This document shows, in pieces, positions 58,443 through 64,000 of a stretch of 64,000 nt of DNA; position 1 is the stretch's first letter, and each line of letters starts with the position of its first letter. Source of the stretch: Candidatus Multivoradales bacterium. GTDB lineage: Bacteria > Acidobacteriota > Thermoanaerobaculia > Multivoradales > Multivoraceae. Below the pieces are notes generated by a model, which worked only from the letters and a program-made list of their open reading frames with translations, made no database searches and was not told the DNA's origin. The stretch lies in assembly GCA_965223325.1 (NCBI GenBank), contig CBDCWI010000001.1:1504001-1568000 (forward strand), given 5' to 3'. The translations under genes were made by a program, and so were the position numbers.

Positions 58443-61400
58443 ATGTCAACCATGCCCCGCCTCCTCACGCTCCCTGTGTGCTCTGCTTTCTTCGCCTTCC
58501 TTGCCCTTCCAACTGGCGCACAGACCTTTCCCGACATTGCCGACGTCAACACGGCTGCGTGCTCTGACAACTACTCGCGCGTGCACGATTGCTACAACGT
58601 CGAGCTGCCCGACCCGCCAAGCCTCGAACGCTCGCTGTCGGCTTTCGGCGACGACGACGAACACGTCGTGACGATGCCCGAGGGCCCCGCCCGCGACGGC
58701 GCGACCCACGTGCTGCCCAACGTGCGCACCTCGAACGACGGTCGCCTGCTGCTGATGCCCGCCGGCGCCCGCCCGGGCTTTACCGTCTTTCGACCCGAGA
58801 CCCTCGGTTACGACCTCGAGCAGCGTGGCAGCGACCAGACCTTCGGCCATGGCGCCTACTCAGCCAAGCGCACGGTATTTCCCGCAACGCTCTTTGACCC
58901 GCGGCGCACGCTCTTTGATCTCGACCAGAGTTCCTGGCCGGCGATCTACCACGACTCGATCTGCGACGACTCCTCGACCGCCTACGACCTTGGATCGTCG
59001 ATCTCATCCGGGCGCAACCCACGCGCCTGCTCTGCACTCGTTGCACTCTCGGGCAACCCCCTCGACGCGGCCAACGCCCAGCTCGTCGATGGCGACTGCT
59101 ACGATGTCTCGATTCTCGCCAACGCCTCGAAAGACGAGATGTGGGAACTGATCACCAACAAGTTCACCGTCTTCGTACCGCGGGCCAAAGAACCCGACGC
59201 CGGCGAGCCGAAGGTCTACATCTACCCGCGCATGTCGGGCAACCAGCTGCCCTTCCACGGCGACTACTCAGCCTTCAACTTCCACTGGACCGGCACCACC
59301 TGGGACTGGAGCTGGCAGTTCGAGCTCCAGAAGCTGCGCCAGGAGTGCGTCGACAAACCGTCGTGGCAGCGGCCGGCGTACTGCGGGTTCCAGAACACCC
59401 TCGAGACTTCGGCAACGAACGGCTTCGTGATGGATCAGGACGGCGACGGTCAGATCGACTCGGGCGAACGTTGGAGTGGCAAACGCTGCTCGGCACAGAA
59501 CCCTGGCTCTGACTGCGGCAACTGGTTCCTGTTCGAGCCTTCGATCACCGCCGACGGTCGCCTCCTGGTCGTCAACGCCGCCGGTATCGGCCTCTACTAC
59601 TCCTACAGTGAGAACGCCTGCTCGGCCAACGGCTGGCGCTTCTTCCGGCCGCTCTCGGCGATGCCCTTCGACTCGCGACTAAAGGGTCGCTACCCGATCG
59701 CCGCCCAGCCCTTTCGAACCAGCACCGGCGAGCCGATTCTTCGCCAGAGCAACGGCAAGTATCCGAACGTGCGCGGCGCCTACCCGTGGATCGACCGGCA
59801 GGGGCGCAATCTCTTCTATTCGCCCATCAACGACGCACGCGATGGCTACGAGGCGCTCGACGTAACCGAACCATGCCCACCCGGCACACCCTGGTACAAG
59901 TGTGAGTACGACGCGTCGTACGCCGGCACCTACCAGGTTCCTGACGAGGGTCCCGGCAAGGGCACCTCGGTGATTGGCGCCTGGACGCGCGGCAAGCTCG
60001 TCCATCTCGACGGGCGGTTGAACTTCACCACCTTCGGCAACCTGCGCGCCAACAACGCCAACGTCAACCACAACAAGAAGAGCTCGTGGGAGATCCAGCT
60101 CTACAACGGTCCGCCGACCTTCATGGAACCGATGGGCACCACCCGTCTGCAATCGGCCGAGAACCTCTACAACGCCTACGACGCGCTGCGCCCCACCCAG
60201 CCGTTCGACGTCGTGTGGTCGGTGGCCGCCAACAATCAGCAGACCCAGGAGGTCGTCTTCGACGAGTTCATGAACTCGAACGCCTTCATCGTTGCGCCGA
60301 TGAATGCACCCTTTACGACTTTCGGGTCGCGGCAGGAGATCTTTCTCGACGACGGCTTCGTTCCGCGAAACCCCGAGAAGAGCGTGCGCTTCAACGGCCC
60401 CGGCACTGCCGACTTCGGCTTCCGTCGTAGCCCGAAGCTCCAGAACCAGTCGACACTCGAGGCCGGCGTTTGCACGGCGGGCTCGCCCGGACCGGGTGGC
60501 ACCTGCCGGCTGGTCACCTGGGGTGAGAACAACCGCACCTACACCTGGCTCTCCTGGTCGCATCGCATCCGGGTACGGGTTCCAGGTGCCTGGCCGCTGT
60601 GGTTCGTCAACTACTGCCCCAGCGGCACCCAGCGAGTCTCCAACTCGACATCGGGTTGGGATCGCATCCAGGAGTGTCGTGTGAACCTGCCGTCCGGAGT
60701 CTCGGGTGGCGATGCCTTCATCTCCGGCAACGCGCTCGCCTTCCAGGCTGCACCGCTCAATCCCTTCGAGCTCACCCCGCCGACCTATCTTTCGGTACGC
60801 GGCGGAGCGCGGGTCGAGCCGGTGGCTCTGGGTGGCGTGATCGGAAACGGCCTCTGGCTCGACGGCAAGAACGACCACATCGCCGCCTCCTATCCGGCGC
60901 CGCCGGTGCATGACTGGTACGTGGGAATGTGGCTCGACCCGCGGCCCTCCGACAACCAGCGGCGCACGCTGTTCACCTTCGCCGACGGCTCGCGCGTCAT
61001 GTGGCGACCGAATGAACTCTCGGCCTGGCACGCACCGAGCGGCCAGACCAAAGCGCGCGGGCTCGCCAACATCGGACTCGAGGGAACAGAGGGGCAGCCC
61101 GGGGAGTACTTCCACCTCGGACTGCACATCTCGACCAGCGGTTCGAACAGAGTCCTGCGCATCTCCATCGACGGTACCCGCCTGCCTGGGGCCCTCTCCT
61201 TTCAAACCACAGCGAGCAACCCGGGATTTGACATGAGCCGTCCCGGCCAGAGCCAAGGAGCGTTCTGGGTCGGCGACTTCGGTGGCGGAAGCGGGGCACG
61301 TCCTCCCTTCCGCGGTTGGATCGACGAGCTGCGCGTGTACGCTCTCGGTCCAGCCGAACGGGCCCCGAGCTCGTGGTTCGATGAAACAGCGTGCAACCTC

Positions 61401-62006
61401 GCCCTCGGAACCCTGGTTCGGGTGCAGTCGAACGATGGTAGTGCAGCCTCCCAGGGCCTGCGTGAACTGTGGGCGCGCGCCAACGACTTTGGCCTGCTCG
61501 GCAAGACGGCGGTTGGCAAGCGCGCCAGCCAGCCGGCGGGACAGCAGATCACCTCGGCGCGGGTCTGCGAGCAGTTGCGCTTCCGCCAGGGCTGGGCCGG
61601 CCCCACCGACCTGCCGCCCCAGAACGAAGAGCGAGTGTGTGTCGACCGGGTGCATCGCAACCAGCGCCCAGGACTCGAGGCACGCTGCCTGCGCCGGTCT
61701 GTCCTCGGAGTGGCGGGGCGCGACCTGGTCGCCGACCAGCCGCGGCCTGAGTTTGGGGACCTGCCGTTCTGCCAGAGCTGCCACACCGACTTCGCGACCT
61801 TCGATGGCCTCGCCCCGGAGGCTCTCGACGCCGGTGCGGTGCCGCGCTATCGGGACGATCGTCGCCAGCCGCTCGACTGGCCGGCTGTGCTGACCGGTTG
61901 CCACCCGACATCGCATCCGTTCCCAGCCGGTGGCGATTGTTCGGGCGGTTCCGAGTACCTCGACTTCATCTTTGATGAGGGGCCGAAAGTCGAACCCGAG
62001 CCCTAG
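58443..62006 (+). CDS. Large secreted Cys-rich protein with LamG-like domain and C-terminal CxxCH
   Basis: Signal peptide; DQDGDGQIDSGE Ca-loop; GLWLDG...FRGWIDELRVY; FCQSCH. Confidence 0.75.
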   Translation: MSTMPRLLTLPVCSAFFAFLALPTGAQTFPDIADVNTAACSDNYSRVHDCYNVELPDPPSLERSLSAFGDDDEHVVTMPEGPARDGATHVLPNVRTSNDGRLLLMPAGARPGFTVFRPETLGYDLEQRGSDQTFGHGAYSAKRTVFPATLFDPRRTLFDLDQSSWPAIYHDSICDDSSTAYDLGSSISSGRNPRACSALVALSGNPLDAANAQLVDGDCYDVSILANASKDEMWELITNKFTVFVPRAKEPDAGEPKVYIYPRMSGNQLPFHGDYSAFNFHWTGTTWDWSWQFELQKLRQECVDKPSWQRPAYCGFQNTLETSATNGFVMDQDGDGQIDSGERWSGKRCSAQNPGSDCGNWFLFEPSITADGRLLVVNAAGIGLYYSYSENACSANGWRFFRPLSAMPFDSRLKGRYPIAAQPFRTSTGEPILRQSNGKYPNVRGAYPWIDRQGRNLFYSPINDARDGYEALDVTEPCPPGTPWYKCEYDASYAGTYQVPDEGPGKGTSVIGAWTRGKLVHLDGRLNFTTFGNLRANNANVNHNKKSSWEIQLYNGPPTFMEPMGTTRLQSAENLYNAYDALRPTQPFDVVWSVAANNQQTQEVVFDEFMNSNAFIVAPMNAPFTTFGSRQEIFLDDGFVPRNPEKSVRFNGPGTADFGFRRSPKLQNQSTLEAGVCTAGSPGPGGTCRLVTWGENNRTYTWLSWSHRIRVRVPGAWPLWFVNYCPSGTQRVSNSTSGWDRIQECRVNLPSGVSGGDAFISGNALAFQAAPLNPFELTPPTYLSVRGGARVEPVALGGVIGNGLWLDGKNDHIAASYPAPPVHDWYVGMWLDPRPSDNQRRTLFTFADGSRVMWRPNELSAWHAPSGQTKARGLANIGLEGTEGQPGEYFHLGLHISTSGSNRVLRISIDGTRLPGALSFQTTASNPGFDMSRPGQSQGAFWVGDFGGGSGARPPFRGWIDELRVYALGPAERAPSSWFDETACNLALGTLVRVQSNDGSAASQGLRELWARANDFGLLGKTAVGKRASQPAGQQITSARVCEQLRFRQGWAGPTDLPPQNEERVCVDRVHRNQRPGLEARCLRRSVLGVAGRDLVADQPRPEFGDLPFCQSCHTDFATFDGLAPEALDAGAVPRYRDDRRQPLDWPAVLTGCHPTSHPFPAGGDCSGGSEYLDFIFDEGPKVEPEP

Positions 62007-62034
62007 AGTGGTGCACGGAGGCCCGCGGCCTCGT

Positions 62035-62072
62035 CGAGAAAAAAGAGGCCGCGTATCACGTGATACGCGGCC
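62035..62072 (-). terminator. Perfect 26-bp palindrome with a minus-strand U-tract
   Basis: GGCCGCGTATCAC/GTGATACGCGGCC (62047-72) preceded by GAGAAAAAAGA. Confidence 0.55.
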
Positions 62073-62328
62073 GGAACCCCTGACTTCGCTTCCGGTTCCT
62101 GGAGGTCCGCGGAAGCGTCGCCGGTTAGATGCCAAGGACTGTTTCTCGTGACCCAGTCCTCGCGTCTGTTCATGCCTTTCCGGGACGAGGCGTGTTTGTT
62201 ACAGGCATTGAGGGAGAAAAAGGGGGAAAGGTCCAGGTGCGGTGTAACGGATCGAGGTGGATCCGGAAGAAGGTGGTTGAAGCATGTGAAACCCCCAAAC
62301 TGCAACCGTCTCAAAGGAACCACCAACC

Positions 62329-63192
62329 ATGACGACCGTCAGAAACCACCGGGCCAACGCCCAGCCACTTGCCAACACTGAAACCGGCAATAGCAGCGCC
62401 GTCTCTTCGGGAGACGCGAGCCGCAATGGTGCCCGCATCCGCCTGGGCTCCGTCGACTCCTACGAACCAGCATCGAGCGCCATGCCGGGCGGCTGCGAAA
62501 TCGAGTTGAGGCCCATGCCAGGCCCCATCGCGTCCACGCCGGACTGGCGCCAGCAGATCATCGATCTCATTCAGCAGCTCAAGGATCTCTTGAGCGGCAA
62601 CGGACCGGTCCTCCGACCGGAACCGGAAGTTCCCCAGTTCCCCAGCTGGCCGGGAACGATCGGCGGGGAACTGGAGCCGGTCGACCCAGAGCTCCAGGCG
62701 CGGTTCACGTTCAGCGACCCCAAGAACGCCGAGATCTTCCGCGACGTGATCGAGAACCCGAACTTCCAGTACAAGATCCACCCGCCACCACCATCACTGC
62801 ACGAGGCCGCTCAGTCGGGCAACCAGGAGTGGATCGATCGCCACGTTGACCTCATGGCGCAACAGATTGCCCAGCGGATCCACGATCGAAGCGTCTTCGC
62901 GAAGTGGGACGACGGTGGGGAGTCCTCGTCGGAACCGCCGCAGCACCTGATCGACTCAGCGCGTGCAGCGTTGCTCGCGTTCGTCGAACGGGCAAAGACC
63001 GAACCGCAGGAAGACGCGATCGACGGGGCCTTCGAAGACCTCGGGATCAACGAGGATTGGGCGACAGGGAGCGACTCTGGCAGCGTGTACACCTCGAGCG
63101 GGCAGTACTCGACCGCCGAAGAGGCTGCTGCGGGGTTCGAGGAGTTCTCCGAGGAACTGAGACGTCGGGCACAGGGCGAAGTCACCGACTGA
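62329..63192 (+). CDS. Hypothetical acidic/Pro-rich orphan protein
   Basis: AAAGGA RBS; GC3-rich codons; own downstream terminator; no recognised motif. Confidence 0.7.
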   Translation: MTTVRNHRANAQPLANTETGNSSAVSSGDASRNGARIRLGSVDSYEPASSAMPGGCEIELRPMPGPIASTPDWRQQIIDLIQQLKDLLSGNGPVLRPEPEVPQFPSWPGTIGGELEPVDPELQARFTFSDPKNAEIFRDVIENPNFQYKIHPPPPSLHEAAQSGNQEWIDRHVDLMAQQIAQRIHDRSVFAKWDDGGESSSEPPQHLIDSARAALLAFVERAKTEPQEDAIDGAFEDLGINEDWATGSDSGSVYTSSGQYSTAEEAAAGFEEFSEELRRRAQGEVTD

Positions 63193-63226
63193 GCACGGTC
63201 AGGACCTTCGAACCCGAAATGGCGAA

Positions 63227-63266
63227 GTGGGCATCGACCTTTCGGTCGGTGCCCACCTTCTCTTTT
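63227..63266 (+). terminator. Rho-independent terminator
   Basis: GTGGGCATCGACC-TTTC-GGTCGGTGCCCAC followed by CTTCTCTTTT. Confidence 0.7.
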
Positions 63267-63407
63267 CGCGCCCAAACCGGCCCCTCCTCCGCCACCCTGG
63301 CCCCCTGGCTCCCCACCAGCCTGTGGTAGAACACGAGGACCGTTCTGACATCCAGAAAGCGTCCCGGGCCTTCACGAGAAGCGCCCCCGGAGGAGTTGCC
63401 CCAGGGC

Positions 63408-64000
63408 ATGAAGATCGCCGGCGAGCATCACTACGACGTGCCGCGAGATGACGTCTTCGAGGCGTTGCTCGATCCCGAGGTGTTGTCGCGCACGCTACCC
63501 GGCTGCGAAGACCTTTCGCGGGTGGGAGAGAACGAGTACGCCGGAAAGCTGAAAATGAAAGTAGGCCCGGTGCAGGGCATCTTCCAGGGCGGTGTCGAGC
63601 TCACCGACCTCGACCCCCCGAACGGCTACAACCTCACCCTCAATGGGCGCGGCGCGCCCGGTTTCGTCAAAGGCACGGGCTCGATTCGCCTCGAGGAGAA
63701 AGACGGTGGCACGCTTCTCTGCTACGACATCGACGCGCAGGTCGGAGGGCGGATCGCGGCGGTCGGCCAACGACTGATCGAAAGCTCCGCCAAAGTCATC
63801 ACTCGCCAGGGGCTCAAAGGGCTCGGCAAACAGCTCGATGCGCGCCAGGCTGCAACGGCGGCTTCGAGCGCACCGAGCGATTGGGACGAAGCCGACGAAG
63901 AGACCTCGCCACACGCAACCCAGTCCGCGCCAGTGCTCACGGTCGAAAACGCCGCGACCGAAACGCGCGCGCTGCGCGACCAGCACAAAACGATCGTCGC
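63408..64000 (+). CDS. coxG: CoxG/SRPBCC family protein, runs off the right edge (not in ORF track)
   Basis: Hand translation: MKIAGEH...LLDPEVLSRTLPGCE...KVGPVQG...AQVGGRIAAVGQRLI; GGAGGA RBS. Confidence 0.9.
   Translation, partial: MKIAGEHHYDVPRDDVFEALLDPEVLSRTLPGCEDLSRVGENEYAGKLKMKVGPVQGIFQGGVELTDLDPPNGYNLTLNGRGAPGFVKGTGSIRLEEKDGGTLLCYDIDAQVGGRIAAVGQRLIESSAKVITRQGLKGLGKQLDARQAATAASSAPSDWDEADEETSPHATQSAPVLTVENAATETRALRDQHKTIV

Noticed and set aside
62095-62125. SRP RNA (AGGTCCGCGGAAGC resembles domain IV)
   Set aside because: Lacks the GNRA tetraloop and AGCAG motif, and there is no long flanking helix
59679-62135. Long antisense ORFs (818 aa here; also 7193..8518, 25686..26885, 55801..57069, 43911..45017)
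   Set aside because: Shadow frames of high-GC genes that carry clear motifs on the opposite strand

Overview
GC-rich bacterial chromosomal window. The likely host is an Acidobacteriota, probably Thermoanaerobaculia-like. This is inferred from three duplicated-orphan ABC permeases (two paired with PadR), secreted proteins ending in an 'FxxGFE.G...WS' tag or tandem 'GYFxFF..NVELxVKVL' domains, and an ELWxxDGT protein. Most of the window is ordinary accessory metabolism: glpF-glpK, thiolase, peptidases M28/M4/PepE/CocE, GGDEF, GST, MFS, mlaEFD, a TonB receptor and coxG. I found no rRNA, tRNA, CRISPR array, integrase or transposase. Highlights: (1) a selenoprotein missed by the ORF track (24142-24726; in-frame TGA giving D-U-G-S-C-T-S-C, with a clear SECIS hairpin) behind a CxxC thioredoxin-fold partner; (2) CTAG-anchored non-coding elements sitting on stop codons, namely a 162-bp MITE with perfect 21-bp IRs, a solo end, and a 4-unit 163-bp structured tandem array launched from a perfect 18-bp hairpin; (3) a His-rich leader ORF ending in RPPP upstream of the TonB receptor (candidate metal-sensing arrest peptide); (4) a PhlABC-like pair of a Cys-less HMG-CoA synthase-DUF35 fusion and a thiolase; (5) an MlaD with a beta-barrel-like C-terminus; (6) a 35-nt frameshifting insertion in a permease and a stranded paralogous TonB-receptor fragment. 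All family calls come from motif recognition by eye; no searches were run.
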